From Actinobacteria bacterium UBA7524 (GTDB lineage Bacteria; Actinomycetota; Coriobacteriia; Anaerosomatales; UBA912), in NCBI GenBank assembly GCA_002478275.1, contig DLMY01000044.1, positions 1-37,650 on the forward strand: DNA of 37,650 bases, read 5' to 3'. The notes below the pieces were generated by a model. It did no database searches. It saw only the letters and a list, made by a program, of their open reading frames with translations, and was not told the DNA's origin. The position numbers and the translations under genes were made by a program. Below, piece after piece: positions 1 to 7,856 of this stretch. The stretch's first letter is position 1. Every line of letters begins with the position of its first letter.

Positions 1-27
1 TTCGAGGTCACGGTCGAGGTGGAGTAG
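1..27 (+). CDS. 3' end of a CDS running in from the left edge (FEVTVEVE*)
   Basis: Frame-1 codons with GC-rich third positions ending in TAG at 25-27; too short to assign a function. Confidence 0.3.
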   Translation, partial: FEVTVEVE

Positions 28-58
28 CGGCACGCGGCGAGACCCGCCCAGCCCGACC

Positions 59-1525
59 CTACCGCACGCGCCACACGTGCACGACTGGCCGGGCCTCCTC
101 GGCGAACAACTCGAGAAGGTACACGAGCCCGTTAGCCCGGTCGAACGCAACGTCGCCGATTCGGAACCGCCGATGCACGCCCGTGCCGAGCATCTCGGCT
201 TCTATGCCGGATGGGTTCGCAAACAGGTGCTCGTCCACTCCGATGTGCGCGTAGGGCTGCGGCTCCCACGGTTCCATCTCGCCGGTCGCCACACGCGCGA
301 GATCAGCCGGATCGTAGAGGATGAAGCGCGCCTCGAACCGCGAGCTCCACCACCCGCGCTCGGAGGCCGGGTTGCCGCACGTGAGGCTCGCCTCGTCGGG
401 ACAGGGCGTGCCGTCGGCGAGACGGCAGGCCACGAACTCCCCGATCGACGCAGGCTCCACGCACGGATGCTCGGGACCGGCCGGGTTGATCCACCCGTAC
501 CAATACCGCTCGCCCACGCCTTTCGTACCCGCGAACATGACCGCCGAGGAACCCCGCGAAGTCGTGAGCCACGCGCCCCCGCCCCACTCATCCGGGTGCT
601 GGTAGTCATCGAGGCACTGCTCGATCGCATCGGTCTCGTTGGCCTTCGCGTATGCCAGCAACACCGTCTCAGAAAGCCGCGTACCCGCCGTGGGCGGCTC
701 GCCCCCGTCGTCCCAGGGGCGGTAGGCGTACAGCGATGGTCCCATCCCCGACCAGCCGCCGTCGCGGAAGCGTCCGGTCGCGAGGCGTCGGCCACCCGTG
801 TACCGTTCGGCCCACTCGGCAGGTATCTCGAAGAGGTAGTCGTTGACGCTGTAGAGCGACTGCTCGCCGATCCACCACGGACCGGCCACGCTGCCGCACG
901 CCGCGAAATCCGGCGACACGGACGCGTGCGTGGGCGTCTGCGTACGCTCCTCGTCGTGGAAGTGCTGCCCCCACGCGACGTGCAGCCGCGGTCCGGTCTC
1001 CTGCGTGTCGAGGTACTCCAGGCCCACCCGCGGCAGTTCATCGTACGCGTCGAACATCCCGTACGAGATGTCGCTGAACCCCTGCACGAACTCCGCCTGG
1101 CCCAGAAGGTCCGGCGAATCGACGATCACCGGCGCCGGTATGGTGATCTCGGCTACCTGGTTGCCGTCGGGAACCTCACCATAAGGGATCCGGTTGTGCC
1201 CTACGACGAACAGCGAGCCGGGAAACCCATCATCCGGCCCTTCGGGATCGCCCACCGGGTTGAACGTCATCGCCTCACCGCCATACGCGAAGGCACGCGG
1301 GCGCTCGCCGTCATCAGGAAGCCTGAATGCGCCGAGATACTCGAAGTCATCAGGGCCGAGGAGATCCTCCGCGATCACCGCAGCGGGTGACGTCTGCGAC
1401 GAAGGCGCAGCGACATCGGGAGCCCCCTCGGACAGCCCGCCTCCCTGCCCGCAGCCTGCGGCGAACACCGCCAGCGACACCGCGAACAGGACCGCACCTG
1501 CAAGATGCGATCGCCGACGCACCAC
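59..1525 (-). CDS. Secreted lipoprotein of unknown function, 488 aa
   Basis: Basic N-terminus, hydrophobic stretch and lipobox FAAGC; Trp/Gly/Asp-rich body; GTG start directly after the TAG of the upstream DUF1801 gene. Confidence 0.75.
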   Translation of the reverse strand: MVRRRSHLAGAVLFAVSLAVFAAGCGQGGGLSEGAPDVAAPSSQTSPAAVIAEDLLGPDDFEYLGAFRLPDDGERPRAFAYGGEAMTFNPVGDPEGPDDGFPGSLFVVGHNRIPYGEVPDGNQVAEITIPAPVIVDSPDLLGQAEFVQGFSDISYGMFDAYDELPRVGLEYLDTQETGPRLHVAWGQHFHDEERTQTPTHASVSPDFAACGSVAGPWWIGEQSLYSVNDYLFEIPAEWAERYTGGRRLATGRFRDGGWSGMGPSLYAYRPWDDGGEPPTAGTRLSETVLLAYAKANETDAIEQCLDDYQHPDEWGGGAWLTTSRGSSAVMFAGTKGVGERYWYGWINPAGPEHPCVEPASIGEFVACRLADGTPCPDEASLTCGNPASERGWWSSRFEARFILYDPADLARVATGEMEPWEPQPYAHIGVDEHLFANPSGIEAEMLGTGVHRRFRIGDVAFDRANGLVYLLELFAEEARPVVHVWRVR

Positions 1526-1912
1526 CTAGCCCATCGCCTTCGTGATGAGCGCCTCGATCCGCGCCTCTTCTGCATCGCCTAGCTCGACCAGCGCGAACGC
1601 GGTGGGCCACATCGCGCCATCATCGAGCGCGGCGATCTCCTCGAACCCGAACGTCGCGTAGCGAGCTCCGAACTTCGATGCGGCCTGGAAGAAGCAGAGC
1701 ACTTTGCCGTCCTTTGCCCAGGCAGGCATCCCATACCAGAGCCTGGGCTTGAGTCCGGGTGCCGCCAACTCGACGATCGCGTGGAATCGCTTCGCCATCT
1801 CGCGGTCGCCTTCGGGCATCGCAGCGATGGTGTCGAGCACTTCCGTAAGACCGTCGACCTTCTTCTTACCTGATGCGCGCGGGCGCTTCGACTTCACCGC
1901 GTCTTCGGCCAT
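1526..1912 (-). CDS. YdhG-like / DUF1801 domain protein
   Basis: Motif LWYGMPAWAKDGKVLCFFQAASKF..RYATFGF; ATG at 1912 after an AAAGGGG RBS. Confidence 0.8.
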   Translation of the reverse strand: MAEDAVKSKRPRASGKKKVDGLTEVLDTIAAMPEGDREMAKRFHAIVELAAPGLKPRLWYGMPAWAKDGKVLCFFQAASKFGARYATFGFEEIAALDDGAMWPTAFALVELGDAEEARIEALITKAMG

Positions 1913-2066
1913 GACGACCAACCCCTTTCCGGGTACAAGCTCTCATTCGAGGATTCCCTTCGCGATGCCGTTCGCCACACACGGCACGAAGGTGCGTGCG
2001 GTATCCTCGGCAAAGGAGCGCAAGGCGGCGTCGCGCGGCGGAGCGAACATCGAGGAGGCCGGAGCT

Positions 2067-2300
2067 GTGACGGAGTTCAACCGACAGGAAGCTCGCACCT
2101 TCATCGATGCCATGCGCGTGACCCTGGCCGGCAAGACCGGCTTCCGTTGGTTCGTCGAGCGGCTCTCCGGCCTGATCGACTATGTCGATTCGCTTGCCGA
2201 GGAGAACGAGCAGATACGCGAATTCCTCGGCCAGCGTGGAGAACTGGAGGAGTTCGCGGCGTTCCGCGAGAGCACATCGGGGAAAGTAGAACACACCTGA
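2067..2300 (+). CDS. Small hypothetical helical protein, 77 aa
   Basis: GAGGAGG RBS before GTG 2067; typical codon usage; precedes the next gene on the same strand. Confidence 0.6.
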   Translation: MTEFNRQEARTFIDAMRVTLAGKTGFRWFVERLSGLIDYVDSLAEENEQIREFLGQRGELEEFAAFRESTSGKVEHT

Positions 2301-2323
2301 GGGTTCTTCCGAAGGAGACTCCG

Positions 2324-2692
2324 ATGCCGAGCCGCCCGACCGCAGCGTCCATCGACGACTACCTCGCCGACTTCCCACCCGAGACCCGCGCGAAGCTCGA
2401 GCGACTGCGCACCATCATCGCCGAGGAAGCGCCCGGCGCGACCGAGACCATCAGCTACGCGATCCCGACATTCGACCTGGGCGAGAAGCACCTCGTGCAT
2501 TTCGCCGGGTACGACGCGCACATCGGGCTCTACCCCACGCCGAGCGGCATGACCGAGTTCGCCGAGGAACTCGCCCCCTACAAGCACGGCAAGGGCACCG
2601 CGCGGTTCTTGGTCGACGGCCCGCTGCCCGAAGACCTCGTCCGGCGGATCGTGAGATTCCGCGTAGGCGAGGTCACCGGGTCTAGCGGGTAG
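2324..2692 (+). CDS. YdhG-like / DUF1801 (iron-chaperone-like) protein
   Basis: SIDDYLA..P..TR.KL..LR..I...AP.ATETISYAIPTF..HFAGY..HIGLYP..KGTARF; AAGGAG RBS before ATG 2324. Confidence 0.85.
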   Translation: MPSRPTAASIDDYLADFPPETRAKLERLRTIIAEEAPGATETISYAIPTFDLGEKHLVHFAGYDAHIGLYPTPSGMTEFAEELAPYKHGKGTARFLVDGPLPEDLVRRIVRFRVGEVTGSSG

Positions 2693-3434
2693 CGTTGGCG
2701 GCGATCGCGTCGCGCATCCAGCGGGCCATGCCCGGGCGAATCTTCTCGTAAGTCGCGGTGAAGCGCGGGTCGGCGATGTACATCTCGCCGAGGTTCGCGT
2801 GCATCTCGCGCGAGCACGGGTAGAACCACTGGTCGATCTGGAGCCGGGCGCGCTCGACCGCATCCATCGCGCGGGCGTCGTCGGGCGCCACGCCCTCGTC
2901 GATGAGCGCCGCGATCGCGGTGTTTATCTCCTCGGCTTCGTCTTTGAAACGCTGCCAGTCGGCCTTGGTGTAGCGGGCGGTACGGCGGGCGGACTCCTTG
3001 TAGGCGTCCGTCTCGCCCCAGCGCTCCTTGACCTCGGCCTCGTACTCTGTCGGATCGAAGTCACCGAAGACCTCGAACATCTCTTCTTTGCTCAACGCGA
3101 TTCCTCCGTTCTCAGCTGCGACCGTGCGGTCAATGAGGTCGAGCATGGCCTCTAGCTGGCTCACGCGACTGGTGATCAGCCCTCGCTGCTGCTGCAGCGC
3201 CTCACTCCGGTCGAACCCCGGATCGCCGAGTGCGTCGGCGATCTGCTCGAGCGAGAAGCCGAGCTCTTTGTAGAAGAGCACCTGCTGGAGCTGCGCCAGA
3301 TCGGCGTCGGTGTAGAGCCGGTAACCCGACTCGCTACGCCCCGAGGGCTCGAGGATCCCGAGTTCGTCGTAGTGGTGCAGGGTGCGTACGCTCACGTGCG
3401 CGAGCCGCGCGACTTTGCCGACCGTGTAGGCCAT
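2682..3434 (-). CDS. tipA: MerR-family regulator with TipAS antibiotic-recognition domain (TipA/Mta-like)
   Basis: YTVGKVARLAHVSVRTLHHYDELGIL.P...GYRLY helix-turn-helix; C-terminal EY.AEVKERWGETDAYKES..LGEMYIADPRF; AAGGAGG RBS. Confidence 0.9.
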   Translation of the reverse strand: MAYTVGKVARLAHVSVRTLHHYDELGILEPSGRSESGYRLYTDADLAQLQQVLFYKELGFSLEQIADALGDPGFDRSEALQQQRGLITSRVSQLEAMLDLIDRTVAAENGGIALSKEEMFEVFGDFDPTEYEAEVKERWGETDAYKESARRTARYTKADWQRFKDEAEEINTAIAALIDEGVAPDDARAMDAVERARLQIDQWFYPCSREMHANLGEMYIADPRFTATYEKIRPGMARWMRDAIAANATR

Positions 3435-3457
3435 GTCATCCACCTCCTTCAGTGCCG

Positions 3458-3488
3458 AGGATAAACCCTGACGTTACGTCAGGGTCAA
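3458..3488 (-). promoter_or_regulatory. MerR-type promoter and operator of tipA
   Basis: Minus strand TTGACC (3488-3483), 19-bp spacer, TATCCT (3463-3458); perfect dyad ACCCTGACGT-T-ACGTCAGGGT at 3465-3485 across the spacer. Confidence 0.9.
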
Positions 3489-3526
3489 GGGGGTGTGGCG
3501 GTGGTTTCGCCAGCCGCCCCGGCTGC

Positions 3527-3931
3527 TCACGCGCCGATGAGCCGTACGCCCGGATGTGTGCCGTGCGCACGGGTGTCGGCCGAGTAGAGCGGCGCGTCTA
3601 GTAGTGTCGCAAGCCCGGCGGCGAACGCGTCGTAGAGCGCGCATCCGAGCGACTCGCGTGCGTTCGCGGCGGCGCGCACGAGCTCCTCACCGAGCGGCAC
3701 GGTGACGAGCTCCAGGCGTTCGAGGTCATGGTGGACGCGCATAGCGTCGACGGGGCGATGGTCACGAGACGCCGCGCGCAGCACCTCATAGGCGAAGAGC
3801 GTGTCGACCGCGATCACGATCCGGCCGGCGATGTGCTCGGCGAGCACCGCGCGCGCCTCCTTGGAACCCGGCTCGTCGCGGAACCACTTCACGCCCACCG
3901 AGGCGTCGAGCACACACACCGGCGCGCTCAC
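3527..3931 (-). CDS. vapC: PIN-domain toxin (VapC family)
   Basis: VLDASVGVKWF..E, YEV, LYDAFAAGLA, LYSAD acidic PIN motifs; start overlaps the antitoxin stop (GTGA). Confidence 0.9.
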   Translation of the reverse strand: MSAPVCVLDASVGVKWFRDEPGSKEARAVLAEHIAGRIVIAVDTLFAYEVLRAASRDHRPVDAMRVHHDLERLELVTVPLGEELVRAAANARESLGCALYDAFAAGLATLLDAPLYSADTRAHGTHPGVRLIGA

Positions 3932-4227
3932 TCGCCCACTCCCCGCCCCTCGGCACGCAGCGCGCGGAGTTTCTCGAGGGAGGAGGGTTCGAGCGCAGCG
4001 ACAGGATCGGCGTGGTACTCGGCAGCGAACGCCTTCATGTCCTCGAGTGCGAGCGTGGCTTCGCGCCGGAAGCGCTCCTCGCCCTCGCGGGCGCGGCGGC
4101 GCACCACGTAGTCGGCCACGGCCTCCTCGACGAGCGCGCTGCGGCTCACGTGCGACAGCGCGGCGGCCTCATCCAGCTCGCCGAGGAGCCAATCGGAGAT
4201 AGCGACGGCGACCTTCTTCTTGGGCAT
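3928..4227 (-). CDS. vapB: Ribbon-helix-helix antitoxin (VapB-like)
   Basis: KKVAVAIS..LL.ELD..A....VSRSALVEEAV RHH pattern directly upstream of the PIN gene. Confidence 0.8.
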   Translation of the reverse strand: MPKKKVAVAISDWLLGELDEAAALSHVSRSALVEEAVADYVVRRRAREGEERFRREATLALEDMKAFAAEYHADPVAALEPSSLEKLRALRAEGRGVGE

Positions 4228-4263
4228 GGTTGGGCTCCCATCGTGCCGCAGGCAAACAAACGC

Positions 4264-4304
4264 TCATACCGTTTGTTCATACCGCCGGAAGCCGGCGCAG
4301 TCAA
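4264..4304 (-). promoter_or_regulatory. Putative TA promoter with direct-repeat operator
   Basis: Minus strand TTGACT-17-TATGAA; TCATACC repeated at 4264 and 4277 (13-bp period) over and below the -10. Confidence 0.55.
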
Positions 4305-4317
4305 GCGCGATCCACGA

Positions 4318-4376
4318 ACTCGGAATCCTACTCGGAAGTACTTGCGCTTCCGGCCCTTCCGAGTAGGTTTCCGAGT
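4318..4376. repeat. Inverted repeat / hairpin, 21-bp arms with 1 mismatch, 17-nt loop
   Basis: ACTCGGAATCCTACTCGGAAG (4318-4338) vs CTTCCGAGTAGGTTTCCGAGT (4356-4376); each arm carries two ACTCGGAA units. Confidence 0.9.
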
Positions 4377-4593
4377 GAAGGGCGAACAGGCGCAATGGGT
4401 CCGCCTCTCAGATGCGCTCGATGCGCAGCGAGAGGAGCTATCCGCCGAGGGCTTTGAGCTCGATGTACCGAGCACTGGCGGTTGGATGACGCACGGCACC
4501 GCCGCAATCGAAGCCGCGATACTCCAGATAGCCGAACGCTGCCGCGTGCTCGCCGGACACCTGTAGGCTGGCGCGTTGGCGGGCGGGCACGGC

Positions 4594-5610
4594 TCACTCG
4601 AGCGCAGCCAGCCTTCGCTGTAGCTGCTCGCGCGCCTCATGCGTCAGATACTGGGCCGCCCGCACGTCACCGGAGTCCAGGCCGAGAAGCTCGACCTGCT
4701 GGGCGCCCTTGCGTGCGCACAGGATGATGCCCACCGGCGACTCCTCTTGTGGCAGCCGCTCGTACCGGTCGAGCCAGCGCAGGTAGAGCGTCATCTGGCC
4801 GTAGTCTCCTGGTTCGAGGTCGCGCGTCTTGAGCTCGATTGCGACTAGACAGCGCATGCCCCGGTGATAGAAGAGGAGATCAAGATGGTAGTCCTTGCCG
4901 TCGACGATTACGCGTTTCTGCCGGCCGACGAACGTGAAGCCCGCTCCCAGTTCGAGCATGAAGCGCTCGACCTCGTCGAGAATCGCCCGCTCGAGCTGCG
5001 ACTCGCTGTGTTCGGGTGGCAGGTCGAGGAAGTCGAGTACGTAGGGGTCGCGAAACACGATCGCAGGCGTCATCGCACCCTTCTTCGCGAGAGCCTCGAT
5101 GTCAGCCTCGACCCCCTCCGCCGAGCCACGCGCTGCCACGGTGCGTTCGTAGAGCTTGCTCGACACGCGACTGCGAAGCGTGCGCTTGGTCCACCCTTCA
5201 TGCGCGCACATCGCAAGGTAGAAGTCGCGTTTGGGCTGCTCGGAGATGGTGAGAAGCTCGCCTATGTTGGTCCACGTCAATTTGCCCGCCAATGGCGAGC
5301 ATTTCTGGATGTCTGGAATCCATTCAGCGAATCTCATCATCCGCTCGATGTTCTGCCTACTCCATCCCCGCCCATAGCACTGCGTCAATTGCTCCGACAG
5401 CCGCTGAACCGTCCGAGAGCCGTACTCTGCCCGCTCACCACCGAGCACATCTTCGCGGACGCGTCTCCCGATACTCCAGTAGAGCATCACCAGCTCCGTG
5501 TTGACCGCCGAAGCAGCGCGAGCTCGTGCACGCTCGATCAGTTCCGTGACATCGCCGAACAGCGCGTCGCTAGCGACATCGGGACTCGGGTCGGTGCTTC
5601 CATCCGGCAC
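4594..5610 (-). CDS. yhcG: YhcG / DUF1016 family PD-(D/E)xK nuclease, full length, 338 aa
   Basis: N-terminal VN.EL..LYWSIG..RAEYG; C-terminal FRDPYVLDFL, LELGAGFTFVGRQKR, DLLFYHR..RCLVAIELK, GQM.LY, PVGIILC; AGGAGG RBS. Confidence 0.9.
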   Translation of the reverse strand: MPDGSTDPSPDVASDALFGDVTELIERARARAASAVNTELVMLYWSIGRRVREDVLGGERAEYGSRTVQRLSEQLTQCYGRGWSRQNIERMMRFAEWIPDIQKCSPLAGKLTWTNIGELLTISEQPKRDFYLAMCAHEGWTKRTLRSRVSSKLYERTVAARGSAEGVEADIEALAKKGAMTPAIVFRDPYVLDFLDLPPEHSESQLERAILDEVERFMLELGAGFTFVGRQKRVIVDGKDYHLDLLFYHRGMRCLVAIELKTRDLEPGDYGQMTLYLRWLDRYERLPQEESPVGIILCARKGAQQVELLGLDSGDVRAAQYLTHEAREQLQRRLAALE

Positions 5611-5700
5611 TTGTCGCCTCCTGTCTCAGGTTCAGGCGTGCTGCAACTGAACCGAGAGTACGCGCGAGGGCTTACCGGACTCTATACGAGGTCTAACCGC
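5422..5700. repeat. Direct repeat copy A (5' part of yhcG plus ~90 bp upstream), near-identical to 7484-7762
   Basis: Base-by-base alignment at offset 2062 with only scattered substitutions; looser in-frame homology continues to about 5255/7317. Confidence 0.95.
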
Positions 5701-5734
5701 CGAACGGAAGTGGCTCCGCATTCGATCCTGAGAG

Positions 5735-5823
5735 ATTTGGTCGCCACTGGCGGCCAATGTTTGGGGCGGTGTCCAGCACTGCATGTGGGCGCCACAGGAT
5801 ATTCTCGCCAGTGGCGAGAAAAT
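5735..5823. repeat. Pair of odd-centred palindromes upstream of yhcG
   Basis: TTGGTCGCCA-C-TGGCGGCCAA (5737-5757) and TTCTCGCCA-G-TGGCGAGAA (5802-5820); the two are also inverted relative to each other (TCGCCACTGGCG / CGCCAGTGGCGA). Confidence 0.85.
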
Positions 5824-5934
5824 GTCCGGGTCGGAACCCACTCACCGCGCGTGGTACACGTCCGCGCGGTGCTCGTTGCGGACGACGCCGACAGTGCGCT
5901 CGCCCTGCGGCCGATCGCATCTCCACGGGGTCGC

Positions 5935-6978
5935 CTATCCGACGAGATCCCGAACGCTCTGCCCCGCGAGGGGCGAGACGCGATCCAGCGCGGCGACGGA
6001 CTTCCTCACCCGATCGACCCATGACTTCCCCCGAACAGCGAGTACCTCCCACGCAAGCACGAGATCCCCCGGCCGATCTTCATGCAGCACCTCGAGTATC
6101 TGCGCCGCCTGCGAGAGGTCCTTCTCCCGCTTCGAGTGCATCGCAGCCGGGCGCTCCCCTGCGATTATCAACTTGTGGAGCGCGAACCGCGCCGCATCAG
6201 GCACGTTCACTGCGACCACCCCGCCATCGATCACTGCCGCCTTCGCGGGCTTCTCGATGAGGTAGTCCAGGAACCTCAAGGGCCGTGCCACAGCGGCGAA
6301 CCTGGGCAAGCTCACCGGACGCGATCGTTCCCTGACGGACGGCGTCAGAAGGTCCACCCGTAGACTCTGCCCCCGAACCTTGAACGAGGTGGACGGGCTC
6401 TTGGGATCGAGACCAGGAACCGGCAGGAAGCCCATCTCCAGGCTGTCCAGCGCTGAAGGAACGTCAGCATTGGTGCCCGGAACCGCAACATCAAGCCCGG
6501 GATCAGCTGCGATATCGACATCCTGTGTCCGCAGAGAGGTGCTCCAGCGGACCCCGAGGAGATTCCCGAGTACGATGAACGCGTGAGTCCCGACCAGGAC
6601 TCCGCCAGCATGGAACACCCCCGCGTCCGCAAGCGCGCGAAGCACACGGGCCGATGGCGCATCGGTGACCATAGCGCCGCCCGCCCGCAGCAGAGCCGCC
6701 AGCCGCTCGATCGATCGTTGGTCATCGGCGACATTCGCCCTACCCCTGGCGAACCGATCGGCCAACTCGTCGAGCGAAGCGTCCCGTCGACCCAGATAGG
6801 TCTGGCTCTTAGCTGCGCCGGGCCCCACCTGCTGGAAGTAGTAGTATTCCTGGCCCTTTACCGTCTTCGTGACGAAAGAGCCCGCAGTATGCCCGATGGT
6901 GCGCGAAGCCTCGTAAGCAGCGATCTGCTCAAGCAGCTCGGCATAGATGGTCTGGACCTCAAGCGGCTGTCGCTCCAC
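5935..6978 (-). CDS. GSU2403-like nucleotidyltransferase-fold protein, 347 aa
   Basis: AGGAGG RBS before GTG 6978; G.F..K.VKG.EY.Y.Q N-domain; GGVLVGTHAF, RTQDVD, VDLLTP, PLRFLDYL, VPDAARFALHKL, KREKDL.QA. Confidence 0.85.
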   Translation of the reverse strand: MERQPLEVQTIYAELLEQIAAYEASRTIGHTAGSFVTKTVKGQEYYYFQQVGPGAAKSQTYLGRRDASLDELADRFARGRANVADDQRSIERLAALLRAGGAMVTDAPSARVLRALADAGVFHAGGVLVGTHAFIVLGNLLGVRWSTSLRTQDVDIAADPGLDVAVPGTNADVPSALDSLEMGFLPVPGLDPKSPSTSFKVRGQSLRVDLLTPSVRERSRPVSLPRFAAVARPLRFLDYLIEKPAKAAVIDGGVVAVNVPDAARFALHKLIIAGERPAAMHSKREKDLSQAAQILEVLHEDRPGDLVLAWEVLAVRGKSWVDRVRKSVAALDRVSPLAGQSVRDLVG

Positions 6979-6994
6979 CTGCACACCTCCTATT

Positions 6995-7032
6995 GTTATA
7001 CGCACACTACACCGATACTGCGTATAACGCAA
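6995..7032 (-). promoter_or_regulatory. Promoter with dyad operator for the nucleotidyltransferase gene
   Basis: Perfect 10-bp inverted repeat GTTATACGCA (6995-7004) / TGCGTATAAC (7019-7028); minus strand TTGCGT-17-TAGTGT. Confidence 0.65.
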
Positions 7033-7094
7033 GCAAGCCTCAGCTACGCTTTCCATCACGTGCCGAGGAGACAAGAGCCGCGCGCTCCAGAGCA

Positions 7095-7192
7095 TCGAGG
7101 TACTCGAGCCCCACCCTCGGCAGCTCGTCGCAAGCGTCGAGCATCCCGTGCGAGATGTCGGAGAACCCCTGCCCGAACTCCGCCCGGCCGAG
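7095..7192 (-). pseudogene. Diverged internal fragment of the 59-1525 lipoprotein gene
   Basis: Aligns to 1008-1105 (offset 6087); translates LGRAEFGQGFSDISHGMLDACDELPRVGLEYLD vs LGQAEFVQGFSDISYGMFDAYDELPRVGLEYLD. Confidence 0.9.
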
Positions 7193-7206
7193 GAAATCTG
7201 CCGGGT

Positions 7207-7290
7207 TGCCAGCTGCACCCGGGGTGCTGACTTAGGGAGCGAAGGCGTCGGGAGCGGAGGGCTGATCAGCTGCCGGGGTGCAGCTGGCAA
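7207..7290. repeat. Hairpin with 15-bp perfect outer arms
   Basis: TTGCCAGCTGCACCC / GGGTGCAGCTGGCAA plus inner GCTGA/TCAGC pairing. Confidence 0.8.
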
Positions 7291-7672
7291 GCACGGCGCT
7301 GATTGATAGCGTAGGAAGCTCCGCGATGTTGGTCCAGGTCAATTTTCTCGCCAATGGCGAGACAATCTCGGGATCCGGGTACAGCTCGGCGAACTTCAAC
7401 ATCCGGAACAGGTTCTGCCAGCTGTATCCGCGACCGTAGCGCTCGGCCAGACGCGTCGCCAGCCGTTGCACTACGACCTTCCGGTACTCTGCCCGCTCAC
7501 CACCGAGCACATCTTCGCAGACGCGTCTCCCGATACTCCAGTAGAGCATCACCAGCTCTGTGTTGACCGCTGAAGCAGCGCGAGCTCGTGCACGCTCGAT
7601 CAGTTCCGTGACATCGCCGAACAGCGCGTCGCTAGTTACATCGGGACTCGGGTCGGTGCTTCCATCCGGCAC
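7232..7672 (-). pseudogene. yhcG: Truncated second yhcG / DUF1016 allele (N-terminal domain only)
   Basis: First ~62 codons near-identical to 4594-5610, then ~58 divergent but homologous codons, then unrelated read-through into the hairpin; no nuclease domain. Confidence 0.85.
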
Positions 7673-7762
7673 TTGTCGCCTCCTGTCTCAGGTTCAGGCG
7701 TGCTGCAACTGAACCGAGAGTACGCGCGAGGGCTTACCGGACTCTGTACGAAGTCTTACCGC
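7484..7762. repeat. Direct repeat copy B of 5422-5700
   Basis: Alignment at offset 2062. Confidence 0.95.
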
Positions 7763-7856
7763 AGGCTCCGCGGTGCATCTCCACGAAGACGGCAATCATC
7801 TCTCTGCAAGAACGGAGGCTGGCCGGGAATCCTCCGTGCCGAAAGCGGCAATCGCC

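Noticed and set aside
77..1390. Long antisense or alternative-frame ORFs here and elsewhere (e.g. 4864-6024, 16550-18760, 25759-27573, 28101-29300, 36481-37518)
   Set aside because: Shadows of real genes in high-GC DNA; no recognisable motifs, and they overlap well-supported CDSs
4375..4566. Short + strand ORF (VKGEQAQW...LAGHL) starting in the hairpin arm
   Set aside because: No RBS or recognisable family; could be a gene remnant but cannot be supported
5692..5830. GTTAGAC at the repeat boundary plus nearby hairpins as integron attC sites
   Set aside because: No complementary RYYYAAC box at a suitable distance, copy B reads GTAAGAC, and no integron integrase is present
5255..7762. yhcG repeat pair as a DGR template/variable repeat
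   Set aside because: No reverse transcriptase in the window, and the differences are not confined to adenines
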